A DNA stretch of 64,000 nucleotides, taken from positions 369,567 to 433,566 of the forward strand of contig NMRA01000057.1 of the NCBI GenBank assembly GCA_002633005.1, written 5' to 3'. Position numbers and translations under genes: made by a program. Of this stretch, positions 1 to 34,577 are shown in pieces. Under the pieces are notes generated by a model that ran no database searches, was not told the DNA's origin, and saw only the letters and a program-made list of their open reading frames with translations. The DNA comes from Phoronis australis. Lineage: Eukaryota; Animalia; Phoronida. Every line of letters begins with the position of its first letter. The stretch's first letter is position 1.

Positions 1-92
1 TTGCCTTTGGCTAAAGCATGTTTTACATTTATTGTATTTTTATCCTCTTTAAATAAAGTTTATTATTATTATTATTATTATTGTTGTTGTTA
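1..92 (+). repeat. AATAAA followed by (TTA)n/(TTG)n tail, probable 3' end of a non-LTR retroelement
   Basis: aaataaagtt then tattattattattattattattgttgttgtt at 52-92. Confidence 0.4.
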
Positions 93-467
93 CAAGTTAT
101 GCTAATTTTAATTGCAGTCGATGACTTTAGAGAACCTGAGTTTGTGGGAAATATTCTGTTTTTTTTTGAAGTAAGACCGTATTGATAATGGGTACCTGAT
201 GAGTTTTTAGGTTATTTATGTGATCTCTATAAATACAATGTTCAACAAACTGTTATGTTGTTCGTCGAGAGTCCAGGAACTGCTATAAATGTTATTTACT
301 TTAAGCCGTTATTAATTGCATCTACTGTTGAATCTTTGATTACATTTTGTTAATTGGATAATATTTGTATTAATGTGATATTTATTAGAAATTAAAACGG
401 TTTTGATTTTCTTGATGAATATTTTGTGCAGGCAATTCCTCCTAATGAGGTCATTGTCTCGTTACAG

Positions 468-22492
<22,025 letters not shown>

Positions 22493-23516
22493 GAAGGTTC
22501 AGTCTGAAACTGAGCATAATAAACATGAGAACTTTCCAAAACAGGGAAGTTCTGTCGTCTGTGCGCGAAGTATCGAGGCACTACTTTTTGTAGCGAATAA
22601 GTCTTGTGTGAAATGAAGTTAACCTATGGAATTCCCTTAGGAGAGTTCTTTATTGCCAGCTGCACAACCATTTTGACATTCTTTTTAAGGGCCTTGATGA
22701 TCATGTTTTCAGTCGTTTCCGATTGTTTCTAGGTGAAACGTTGTGTTCTTTTTTGCCAGGGGACATCAGAAGTCGGTCTCCATGTCTTTGTGAAAGTCTC
22801 ATTGAGATTATACACACACACACTACATGAATCCTCCAATTAACTAGATGTTCTCAAACTTGCTTTTTTTTTTTTTGAATGACCAGCATGCAATATATAC
22901 GTCTTTGAGGGTGTTGAAGGGTCATCTAAGTTTTGGTCAAAGTTGAGTTTGTTTGAGATAAATTTTCTGGTTGTTTTTTTTTTAAATGACAATGAGCAGA
23001 CTGAGTGGGAGCTTCCTAATGTGTTTAGAATCTCATTTTTATATCATTTAAATCAGAAGTCTGTTTCATGATGTGTGACTTTCATGTCAGGCTTGAGGCA
23101 GATATTTGCTCTTACGCTCTGCATGGCTGCTTCTCTACAATAGTTAAAATCTGACCGTAAGAAAAGCTCAAAGTTTTTGATAATACATCCAACAGTGCTA
23201 CTGACTGACTGAGATAATTTGTATGCAGTATTTCTGGGCTGTAATGTGCTAATAGTTAAAAGGAAAAATATTTATTCAGTAAATGTAAGGAGGGTTTGTA
23301 AGACTTTTTGATTTAAGTCTTGAGTCACTGTTCGTGTTGCAGATCTCAGAGATCAAAGTTCTTAACTACAACTGTAAGTGCCCGTGATATAAAAGTGGGA
23401 GCCATGTTTCCCATGGAGCAGACTATTGAGTGACTAATTGCTGGTTAGGAGATTAATTTGTTTGATTTCAACTGGCTATCAGTTAGGATCACACCGGTTT
23501 CAGTTTAAACATGTAT

Positions 23517-23594
23517 GGTGCTCTCCTACTCATAAAGCTCTTCATTGTACATTGTAAGGTGCTCTCTTACTCATAAAGCTCTTCATTGTACATT
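23517..23594. repeat. 41-bp-period tandem duplication downstream of the CAD stop
   Basis: ggtgctctc(c/t)tactcataaagctcttcattgtacatt x2. Confidence 0.9.
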
Positions 23595-25154
23595 AATCAC
23601 TAAATATGCAGGTACGTTTGGGTGGTGCTGTCACTAACGACAATCTCTGTGTCTAGTCTCCAAACATCAGGAAGGGTTTATGCCATTCAGATTCCTTTCA
23701 TCTGAAAGTTGCTGAATTCTTGGTTAACCAGTTTGTTTGGTTTTGAATTGTTTGGACTTGAAACTAGTCTAGTTTTTACAAGTTTTCAAAGTTTTGGTTC
23801 TTGTCTTCCTCATGTTTTATTCATTGGCGTTTAATTGGTCATGTTTCGTGGTTTTCAGGGATAAAAAAATTCCAGGGTTTTTACATAATGCAGGATGTAC
23901 GGATTTGGGGGTTTTCCGTGTCCCATTCGAAGATCATGATTTGTTTGGATGTATAACACACAAAAAATTTGGTTTAATTTGAATTTTAACTGTCTTCTTC
24001 ACCATGCTCAAATCCAGCAACTTCAAACTTTTCAGTCATCTGCTGGTGGATGGTTGGAGTGAAATATGTTGAAATTGGTGAAAATGAAATTTGTTTGTGA
24101 TCTGTGTTTGGTGTGCAGTGAAACAAATAACTAACCAAGATGAGAGGTTTTTAGACAGACCTATTGTGATGAATGTCACCTGACCAAGAGTGGTTGGGAG
24201 TTCCATTAAGGGCTACATGTAGCATTGGGTAGAATCTCTTCCGTAGTGGTTAACATTGGTTTTATATGTTGCTAATGGGTTATGAAGAAATCTCATAACA
24301 AGTGACTGATGGTTTTGTTTTGACGCATTTATGCCGTCTAACTCTTGTGTTCGTCGTTTTGAAAATCTCGGCAAGAATCGTGTTAAGTTGATGTGAGTTT
24401 ATTGTAGATCAAAGTTTACTTTTGATGGGGGAAATTCAGTGTTATATGAATTTTTCCATTGAATTAATGAGCTGTTTTCCCAATATCTGTCAAAAATGAA
24501 CTGCTTTTCTATTTGGACCACTTAACTGGTTATGGTCTCAATTTGTTCTTAATTGTGATCTTGTCTTTAGAACAACCTATTATTTTTTATTGGGCCATTC
24601 TCTGTAAATGACCTCCAGGGTAAAACAAAGTTATTGAGTGAGGTTTTTGGCAGTAACAAAATGTCATTTCTCACCGAGCCTTTAAATAGCACATAATGTG
24701 AGTAAGGAAAAATTTGAGAACAGTTTTATTTAGATAGAATGACAATTTCACTGGTTAATCCCTGTAGACATGATAATGTGGGAACTGGTGTGTTTACTGT
24801 CAAGCAACTTAACCAGTCAACTCTTGTTACAAAACTGGTATCAAAATGTTTGGTGAAATATTCTAGTGTTTCTTGACGATGGGGATGAATGTTTAGTGTA
24901 TGTATGAGATAGTGTTAACATTAGTACAGAGTGCCTGCCTCTAACTGATCGTTGTTAGACTATGGAAAAGTCTCTGCTATTTTGCACAAAATGATTGCCA
25001 ACCAAAATTTCGTTTTCCCATTTTCCAAAGTATGGTTACTTTGCTTCACCTGATAATTTTTTACAACATGTTACTTTTGTGACAGCTGTCTTATAGTGTA
25101 AAATCTTCACATTTGTTTTGGTTGAAAACTTTCACAAAATGAACATTCCACTTG

Positions 25155-25389
25155 TTCGTTGAAAACACGACTAAACTTTATGTTCGAAAGCTCGATATAG
25201 ACTCGCTCCAAGTGTCGAAACAGTCTGCTTTGCTCGGGTGTGCATCTGTGTAGCAAAATACCCAGAGACATAACATACAAACTAATTAAAACACTTCAAA
25301 TGGTGTTTGTTATGTTTCCGTGTTCTGCTACATAGATGCCACTCTTTATCAAGCTTTCAAACAAAAAGTTTAGTCGTGCCTTCAACGAA
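25155..25389. repeat. ~235-bp imperfect inverted repeat (fold-back), possibly an inverted Penelope pseudo-LTR pair
   Basis: ttcgttgaaaacacgactaaactttatgttcgaaagctcgata pairs with tatcaagctttcaaacaaaaagtttagtcgtgccttcaacgaa. Inner arms gcatctgtgtagca...acataaca / tgttatgt...tgctacatagatgc also pair. Confidence 0.8.
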
Positions 25390-25614
25390 GTTTGTGTTAA
25401 CGAAGGGCTGCTACCTAACTACATGTATACTGCAATCTTAACATGCAACCGGACCCATTGAAATTCCGAAATGTCACGTTTTGGTGTATCTATACCTTTT
25501 TGTCACCTATTTGGGTTTGTTAGCAGATTAGAGGCACTGAAATTTGTTTTGATTGAGGTTGGGTCTAACTAGGTATAGAACAAACTAATGCGTGTAACAT
25601 CTTTGATTATCAGA

Positions 25615-25620
25615 AATAAA
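25615..25620 (+). terminator. Candidate distal polyadenylation signal for CAD (a proximal AATAAA also at ~22518)
   Basis: AATAAA after a long U/GU-rich, UTR-like stretch downstream of the CAD stop. Usage is not testable from sequence. Confidence 0.35.
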
Positions 25621-26649
25621 TATATTTTGTATACCATGCAAAATATCTATTTGTTCTTATATTAATCCTGCATATGAAGCAAAACTGTGTATTTAAAAGC
25701 ACGGGAGTGTCATTTTGGAAATGTTTTACATAGGTGTATAGTTGTGTTACTATAAACGTTGATAGCTATAAGTAAGAATTATTAATCTTATTAATTCTTA
25801 CTTATTGTACATAGAGTTGCTTAAAGTTAACACAGGTAGGGTACCAGTGATCAAAATACCAATAGAAGGAGAGTATCAACGACTTGCACAACACCTCTAG
25901 TTCCCGTTTACAGAAGCAGTGCAGCTACAGAAATTTACGGCTCGGGCGTAACCAGGAACCTTAGAGTCAGCCAACTCTTTAAGTGTAGGATGTACATAAT
26001 TAGTAGCAAAGTGGCTTACGGCAGACTGTGTGTGCAGAGTCTACGGTAATTTACATGTAAACTAAAGTGATCTGTGACGAGTGTAAACCAATAATGTATC
26101 CCGTATGAGTATGAAGATGAGTGCACTCGCTGCAAAAACTTTCCACGTACAATTTTAAGGCTCTGCAGACCCAAATTGTCACAACGTCCTAAATTGTCAC
26201 AACTTAAAACTGTGACAATTTCAGCCTGGGTTGTAGGCTGGTAGCGACTGTGGATTTCGTTTTCGTACAAGTGAACTGAGTTTTCACAATGATATTTTCT
26301 TTATTATCCTATGTGATATCTTCCTCGTACAGTCCTTGATAAGAAGTGAGTGTGCTGACGATGTTCTCGTAAGGCGTTAATGTTAACCACAAACTCGTAC
26401 CCCTCCTGAATATCAACAGACGCATAAAAAGTGTTCAACTGCGGCGTTTACGAATTTTGGAAGCAAACGTCACTGCAGACATCTTCTTAGTCTCATTTTC
26501 CTTCTCAAATTATTGTCGAATTCGTTTGCAATTAAAATTCGCCAGACACGTACATAGATGCTATAATCAGTTGTCGGCCGGAGGCGTATCCCAAAAGATG
26601 GCGTCAAACTCGCCGGAAGAGTAAGCCACTCTTGCCCGACACTTAATGG

Positions 26650-26960
26650 GAAACTAAATCCTGCTTTGATGATTTCAACCAATCCTCGTTCTGTCACATT
26701 CTAATGAATCATTGGCGTCAATCTTGAAAGATAAAGGCAGAAATCAACTAAAACGGTTCTTGGTGATTGGTCTTTTCCCAAAGTTGCCGTGTAATTCGCC
26801 AAAAGCGTAGGTCACACTTGCCTCTTTACTAAAGAGGTCTCCTGAGGACTGAGACTTTGAAAGGAGTTTTCAAATTTTCCTCCTAACTTTTGAGCATTAG
26901 TTTGGTTTCGGAGAACTGGGTGGGGGGTTAGTCTGATAATAGTTCAGAACCGGGTTTATA
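26650..26960 (+). repeat. Dispersed repeat, copy 1 (copy 2 inverted at ~59690-60030)
   Basis: gatttcaaccaatcctcgttctgtca...tcaatcttgaaagataaagg...gttgccgtgtaattc...actttgaaagg matches the reverse complement of ~59690-60030. Confidence 0.8.
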
Positions 26961-29100
26961 TCCTTTTAGAAGACTTTGCGAGGGGTTTTCAAACTTAAAT
27001 TTGCTCTCATGGGGAGTTGACGGAGGTTACGAAACGTGCCGGTCAGGTGTGGGAGTTTTTCGCTGACTGATTCCCTGATTACACGCTATACGAAAGGATT
27101 AGCATCAGGTTGCCCTATTATACAGGTTTCTATTATATTTTATTGAACTGTTTTATTTATAAAGAATATAGTCCAAACTGACAATTATTCACTTCTATTT
27201 AGCTTAATATATCTAACATCTTTATGGGGTTTAAAATTCCAACAAAAGTCACGACACGAGAAATGTCATTACTGGCGACAATATATGTGACGTTAACTCT
27301 CCCAAAGGCACACGTTACCAAAGACCAGAAGATCGTCAGTTGTCGAGCAGGCTTATCCCGCTCGGGCGAAAACTCTTGTCAGTCCGCCGTTCAACTGAAA
27401 GTCACAAATGAAATTTCGACAAAAACGATTTGAAGCTGCTCATACTATTGATGTAAAGGGATTTTCTTTAGTTACGCGCCCATCGATATAGTGGCCCTCG
27501 CGTAATTAGACCCGGTAAAACACTAATATTCATGCGAAGTTTCTGGGAATCCGTAGTAATTATACTTACAGGAGCGCACTGAAGCGTCTACTGCAAGCAT
27601 ACGTCTATAGTCTATCATGATGCTGCAAGTATTAGTTTTTCAAATGAGCACCCGCCAATTGATATTGTAAGCACAGAAACTAAGTTTTTAACCAGTCGGG
27701 GAAATACGAACCGCCGGTGATTCGCATCTGAGCAGGCTGGGATGCAAATTGGCCGGCGCGGCATGGACTACATGATCCATTGTGAGGTACGGATCTGACG
27801 CTGGATATTTTGTGCACACAAATGCCCCAGTGTTACGAGACCGATTCTAAATAATGCGTCGGCAATATTCAGGTCAACTGGATAGTAACGATCGACTTTC
27901 ACTGACGTAGAGGAGTACTTGTTGAATTTTTAGGTGAAACAACGCTGGACCGTCGTGAGTGTAACGTTGAACGTGGATCTCAGTGACCCGGCCGGCGGAT
28001 GGCTCCACTGACCATTTTTGGTCAGATCTGGTTCTCCAGAGTAATCTGTCCACGTTTTTCAAGCTGATGAGGTACTCAGTCGATCAGGTGCCTTGAGTGG
28101 ATGAAACAGCCCCCAAGCTGACACAACCGGCAGACCGGCGAAAAACCCTAGCTTCTTTCTCCGTCGAGTGCAGCCGGGACCAGTCGGCCGACCCGCTGTT
28201 TATTTACAAATCATTTACCAGTCACACTGTCCAACATTCCAACGACTGTCCCAAATTTCAGTTTATTAAAGCACTTATTGAATGGCAAGGCCCTGCAACC
28301 ACGATATGTATATTATAACGACTCACAGAAGTAGGTCACTCCGAGGACAACCTGAACTGAAGGTGTTCCAGAGGTATGGTGTTTGGGGCACGTTGCCGCA
28401 GTTTTGCTATTGAGCAGCTAGGCTCACTGAACACCCGCATCTTGTTTAGAATCACTCAAACAAACTGAAGGGGAACAGAAGATTAACACGATTGGACTTC
28501 GCGTAAACAGGTAAAGAGAACCTACATAAAAGAGGCCACGCGGAAGTTGTTACTATGTAACATTCATTACGGAGGTCATAACGCCGATACAGAAGAAGAG
28601 CGTCTCCCGGCGGAGTACGAGACGTTAACACTGAAATGAAAGTGTGTAGCAGACATTTCAATGTTTGGTAACTGTGCGAACGACGAAAATCAGACGACGT
28701 TACAGCCGGGAGTCATTCTCGTTAGTTCTTTGCCGTGGTAAGTCCGCCATTATAAGGCAGAATTTCGAAATATACGAGCCAGAGTAAATAAAATCACACG
28801 CAAGAGCACAAGTTTCAAGTATCAACCTGTGAGAAGTTGACATGCCATTTTAAACGGATTTTTACAGTATTTCCCGTATTGACTGTAAATTAGGACAGGG
28901 AAAGTCGGTCCAGTGACCGCGCCTCGAACTTCTCACAGCCACTTACCAATTAAAACCTCAGTCCCGACTCCAACACTTGCTGGTTCGGGACTGGAGTTAA
29001 GACGGAATTTAGAGGAATGAGTCATGGAATAGTACCCACCATTTTACAAACCACTGCCTTCGATTTTATCAGAAAATTTCAATTAAACAAATGGGGGCTT

Positions 29101-29276
29101 CAGGGGCGGATCCAGAATTTTGAGTTGGGGGGGGGGNNNNGGGGGGGGGGGTCAGGGCAGAGCATTAGCCATGATTTTGCCAGTCGGACAATTGCAACCC
29201 CGAAATGCCAAATGGAATCTGGAAAATTTTAGGGCTGGGGGCATGGCCCCCTTGGCACCCCTTAAATCCTCCACTG
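29101..29276. mobile_element. GC-rich MITE (CAGGGGCGGATCCAG...TAAATCCTCCACTG), 5-bp TSD GGCTT
   Basis: Imperfect terminal inverted repeats, flanking GGCTT on both sides, internal poly-G with an N gap. Confidence 0.75.
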
Positions 29277-29307
29277 GGCTTGTCACTGAGAAGCTCCAAA
29301 ATATGAA

Positions 29308-29985
29308 TACAGGGTGACCCTATAACGTTACACCGTCACTGCTATGCCGTGGATGGCATTTCAACAAACTCAAACAGATGATGTTGATTCGCTGCAGTTC
29401 TGTTACCTGTTTACAGAACACTTGGACCGTTATATCAATTGCATTATTGTCGAGCGAACTTTTCCTTCGGTACTGGTCAATTCTGAGAGTTATGTTGTAG
29501 CGGTGCTTGGCAACTTTTGGTGTTATAGAAGGGATCAACATTGGTTCCTGCAAGATGGAGTCACCCATCACGAAGATTCATGACTTAGATAGGGGGTTTT
29601 GTTGGGTAAGACATCAGACGAAAACTTGGGTGTGTAGAACATTACCCGGATTTGATTCTTATTTGTTGGATTATTTAAAATGCCATGTCGTATCTTCGAG
29701 TAATCCAAACAGCATCGAGAAGCTAAAGAGAAATGTTTCCAAAAATGTGCAACATACGCGTCGACGAATGTAGTTGAGTGTACTTACAGCAACACGATAG
29801 ACACGACTTAAAACAAATCGGACATTTAAGTCACGAAACCATTAACGAATCAACGTTATTTTCTAGAATTTGGTTGAAATGTCTTTCACTCACTCATATC
29901 AGTTGTGGTTTGTAAATTTACTGGTGATTTCTTTCGTAATAATTAGTGAACACAAGTGCTATCATTTTTTGAGTTATCCCCTAAT
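29308..29985 (+). mobile_element. Degenerate Tc1/mariner-superfamily transposon relic
   Basis: Starts TACAGGGTG. Frameshifted peptides WFLQDGVTHH, LPGFDSYLLDYLKCHV and SIEKLKRNV resemble the transposase motifs WFQQDGA.PH and DL.P.DFFLWG.LK..V. Confidence 0.65.
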
Positions 29986-30794
29986 GTAAGTTGAAGCTAA
30001 AAAAGCGAAACGATGGAGGTATTGCAAGGGTTTTTGGTTTCACCAGTGAGTAAAACACACAGCTATCAGGCAGTCCACACCACGTTTACCGGGAGCACCG
30101 AAGGTGCACTAGTCCGAAAGTCAACTAATAAGGGAGATTTGAGACATACATGTAAAACATTAAAATGCAAGTTTTTGTCGGCATTCTACGAAGCTCCCTG
30201 ATGCGCCCGCAAGAATCAAGTCAACTAAAATGCCTCGATTTGAAATTTTTGCGAACCGCAAAATTCACTTCCGTGCATCACTCTTTGTGACTGAAATGTT
30301 TGCAAGTTTATTGAACCACAAATCGCGATCAACAGTGATATTATTCACTTTCTTGTCTTTCATAGCGAAGGCCTCTGGTAGGTGTTGAGCACAAAGCACC
30401 GTCTTCCATGTAACATGAGTGTAAACGAAGTATGATCATTTTTGAAAATGCTCAAAGATTGTTTTTCGCGTACATTCATTGGTTTTGTCGCAACGCAGAA
30501 CTAAATGTCACCCTGTGTCACAAATCGATTTTGCGCTGAGACTGATCATAGAATTATCGTGAGCAACCAACTACTATGCTCAGGTCAATTATCGAGTGAT
30601 ACAGTCTTTGGGACCGCAGCAAATATTTCAGAGAGCTTTTTCATCATCGATTGGTTATACTTTTAGGATCTCTTGCACTTAAAACGACAATAAACGCGCC
30701 TTTCATCAGAAAAACCAGCGTTTGATTTAGAACACTATCATTATCACAATAAGAGTGATTCCAGGGCTTTGAAGGAATTGGTTATTGCTCGAGA

Positions 30795-30879
30795 TCTGGT
30801 TCCATACGTTGGTCTGTGGAGGCGTGTCATTTTATTCGTCTGGTTCCATACATTGGTCTTTGGAGGCGTGTCATTTTAT
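30795..30879. repeat. 44-bp-period tandem duplication
   Basis: tctggttccatac(g/a)ttggtct(g/t)tggaggcgtgtcattttat x2. Confidence 0.9.
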
Positions 30880-31347
30880 GCGCCTGGCATGGTCTCATGT
30901 GATAACGAGCTATTAGTTATTTGCAAATCAAGAAGTCACTTTTCACCCGAGCAAAGAATAATTTGAAACCTAGTGAGAAGTGGTCTAAATCAAATTTAAA
31001 GTTCGCTAGTAATAATATCCGCCCTATATTGCTATTGTTCGTCAGGGTCTTTTGAGGTACCGGCGACTACCACATCTCATAGCGGTGAGCGGCAATGCAA
31101 GGAAAGGCCTAACGTCGGCATTTTTCTGTTTTTGGTCATTTTTGAACACCACTGCAGAGGGCAGCACATGCTCAGTCTTGTTCGTAAAGGCGTAGAGAGT
31201 TGCCAAACAGAACAGATGCTACTACTTCCAATCTTTGACGAAAATATAGCCACTTTAACCCCAAACGTTTGAATTAATTACGCAATACTACACTATGTTA
31301 TCCGTATTTTTTCAAAGGATGTTGGATATCGGCATACGCAGCAAGGG

Positions 31348-33912
31348 ATGGAGAACGCCAGAATAAGATTAGCAGTAGTTGGCGTAGTTATAGGAGCACT
31401 GCTTCACACAGCTCCAAGAGCAGTTTTCATGGCGGCCTTATACGCCTGCGCGTGTCTTCCCGCAATAGTAGCATTGACAAAGGGAGCAGCAGCGGCGTCT
31501 GGAGCACTTGCAGCGGTAGCATTAGCAGGCGTTGGAGTGGTGCTGGTGAAGGTCCTCGGAGTTGGAGCAGATACGGGATTGCACGGAATAGAAGCTGATG
31601 GCCTATTTTATGTGGTGCTGTTTTCAATGGTGTCAGTTACGACATTGCATTGTGTTTCGTTATTTGCGTTTAAAGCTGGGAAAAATGCAAAGTTCAAAAA
31701 GATGCCTGTAGTTATGGGAGAAGATAAATTCGGATCAGTAACGGCCGCAACTACACTGGCGTCAGTGGCAGCTGTTGGTGCTGGGATTGTGTTTGGAGCA
31801 CTTATGGGAAATGTCTATTGGGCAGTTCTGGTTGCTGCATTCGTGGTGACGTCAGTAGGAGTTACAGCAGGGGTGGTTGAGATGGTAAGTCTTGATTAAG
31901 CACGTGATTAAAGATACTTTCGACTTTATTGGGTAACATTGTTTTCGAGAGAAAATGACTGAATTTCTTTCTTACTTTTATTATCACAGTGCAGCTTCAA
32001 AGAGACTTTGCTTATCTATTCTGGAGTTCTTCGCTGAACAACGGCCAAAAATCAAGAACATGTGCTAAAACTGAAAATTTTACCATAGCTAAAATGAATT
32101 CATGTCTTCTAGTATTGTCTTTCGATGTATGTTGTAACATGCGATGACCCTTGGTGTTAACATCTGATGCTTTTGGTCCGAAATTCTTTTTAATAACATG
32201 ACATACAAAGATATACCTTGTAGGTGCATTCCGGTACTATTTTCTTGTAGTACATACATCTTCATGAGAAAGGTGAGACTGATATTCATAGTTTGGGGAC
32301 CTGTAATTCCATTTGAATTCTCCATGATTAATGCTATCTCGTTATCAGTAAAAATTTTTAAAAATCCACTACAAAACGTGATTTTACCTCGCTCGACATG
32401 ATTATTCATTGACAGAATTTGAGGGGATATGCATTTACTTAAATGGTTGCACTTGGTTGACTTCGACAGTTCCGTCGCGTCAACCGGCGAAGACATCTGA
32501 CAGGTTCTCGATGATGACTTTCGGTTTGCAGACCAATCAGATGCCTTAGTCGGTTGATCAAGCGGTGGGGCTGCAGTGAACCAAGTGCAGCCTACTTAAC
32601 ATAAATTTGCATTAATAGCGAACCCTAAAGCGGTCACCGAAGTGATCAATTGGTCAGTGAGTTTGGGGTATTAATTTTTGGGACAGAGTCTATTGTTTCT
32701 GTTACACAAGCGGCGATTTCTCGTCCCAAACGCGTTGCGAGTTTCTTTGGTCAATGGAACGCAGCCCATGTGCTGTAGGTTCTTAATACATAGGTCTACC
32801 ATGAAGTATTTGACGGCAATCACTCTTAAAACTAGGATTTTGTCTGACTGCATGACGAATTCTTACCCGGCCTTTTGTAATTACTTCATCTCTCTCTTTC
32901 ATATCTTTGGTAGCTGGTTATATTGTTGTTTTTGGTCACGATGAGTTCGTGTTAGTAATGGCAAATTTAAACACTATGGCGCAGTTTAGGTCCCCACGCA
33001 GTGGTACTCATATACACATTCGTGATGACATGATTATTTTTACTCAAATTGCAGATAACGGCTTGGTCTTCGAAAAACGTCTTTAAACCAGAGGAAGTCA
33101 ACTCTCACAAGAATAGAATGTTGAATGCGTTTAATCAGTTGTTAGCCGAGTCCGAAGAGATCAGCGTACTGAAGCGTGTGTTCTATTTCTACACGTGGAC
33201 GAAACCATTTGAGACCGGAAATCGTCCTCTGGATCGTCATCTTGTCCTCAACATAACACTTGACCAGCGCCATTTCGCTACCATAGAACTTTGCAAAAAC
33301 CTTAAGAAGGGTACTATCTACCCTGATTCAAGGTTTGTAATTTTGGATGAACAGAAAGTAAGATCTCAGCTTAGATACGCTGGTTCGAAATCACTTGCGG
33401 AAGAACATTTTCAAAACGCTCCGAAGTGTTTTGTGGACGCCGCCAACGACTGCATGGTGGCGTTTGGCGGGTACAACTTTCTGTTGAACAATTGTCAAAA
33501 TTTTGTAATTTACTATTTGAGGTATTTAAATGTCGAAGTAAGCTGGGCTACTATTGTATCTTTTGACGTCACAAGTCCGGATCACACAGTTCTTGATATT
33601 AGTCGCCTCTCATCCAGATTATATATCTTTTTCTGTCTTTTTCATCTTTTTTATAGTCTAGTTTTGACTTTAGTCTTCATCAAATTCCCTACTATTGCCC
33701 AGGAAAATCCACAGGTCTCATCTGTGATACTTTATCTTTATTTATCTCAGACAGCTGTTTGTGCGCCGTTGTTTGGTATGATATTTGCACAAAGTATAAT
33801 TCGCAGAGAAATGCCAGCTCAACAGGCTGCTTATTATTTTTTGGCCGCCATCATTTGCGAACTATGTCTTTATATATTAGGTCAGTATTGGCCTACTCGC
33901 TTTGTTTTGTGA
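31348..33912 (+). CDS. Uncharacterised multi-pass membrane protein with permuted papain-like (PPPDE/LRAT-type NlpC/P60) domain, paralog 1 (~464 aa)
   Basis: Exon 31348-31884 (ATG...GAG ATG|gtaagt) splices in phase 0 to exon 33055-33912 (ttgcag|ATA ACG). N-terminal Ala/Gly/Val TM segments; LDRHL...IEL...YNFLLNNCQNF; ~3 C-terminal hydrophobic helices. Paralog 2 has the same structure. An upstream acceptor at 31317 implies a 5' UTR intron. Confidence 0.8.
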
Positions 33913-33957
33913 AAATTTGAATGCAATAGTTGGAGCATTGTCCCGGAATCTCTTGAC

Positions 33958-34155
33958 TTCAGAAGTCACTTCTATATTATTGTATACGTCGGTCTTTAGG
34001 AAAACGCGTAGCGGTGTAGTGTAGAGTTTCTACTGCGTGGTAGGGTTCATGTACCTGGAACCTCTTAATTTTTATCAAAAATTCAGAAGTCACTTTTTAT
34101 ATTGCTGTATTTGTCGGTCTTTGGTCAAACACATTGTGTAGTTTAGAATTTCTAC
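33958..34155. repeat. Diverged ~124-bp-period tandem duplication 3' of paralog 1
   Basis: ttcagaagtcactt.tatatt..tgtat..gtcggtcttt.g...gtgtagt.taga.tttctac at 33958 and 34082. Confidence 0.75.
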
Positions 34156-34426
34156 AGGGGACTTCATTTACTTATGTAACATCCATGCTTAGAGTCAGTG
34201 AAGCAATTAGTTGCAGTTTAGAGGAAAGCTAAGTATAGAGATGTTGAAATATGCGTTTTAATGATGAACGCATTAAAATGTAGATCTGTGTGACTGTATT
34301 TGTGATACCAGTAGTGCAATTTTTTCCTTCAGCGACTGCATCTCCTAAATTCCTTGCAGGTGCTTTCCAATAAACTACTGCTAAAACTTCTATTGGCAAT
34401 TTGTTTTTTACATTTGCCTCCGTATC

Positions 34427-34577
34427 CAGTGGCGGATCTAGGATACCACAAGTTGGGGCCCAACATTTTGTCTGTAAACATTTGCTCAAAGCACGATTGG
34501 AGATGCGCGTAGCACCGAATGGGGGGAGGTCGGGAGGGGGCAAACCCCCCTGGGCCTCCCCCCTAAATCTGCCTATG
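34427..34577. mobile_element. GC-rich MITE (CAGTGGCGGATCTAGG...CCTAAATCTGCCTATG), 5-bp TSD GTATC
   Basis: TIR pair and flanking GTATC direct repeat; same family type as 29101 and 53212. Confidence 0.75.

Noticed and set aside
28064-28110. CTGATGA...GAAAC on the plus strand
   Set aside because: Stem II does not close next to the core and there is no NUH triplet with stem I.
27781-28327. Possible solo LTR (TGTGAG...CTCACA ends, minus-strand AATAAA)
   Set aside because: No target-site duplication and no second copy in the window.
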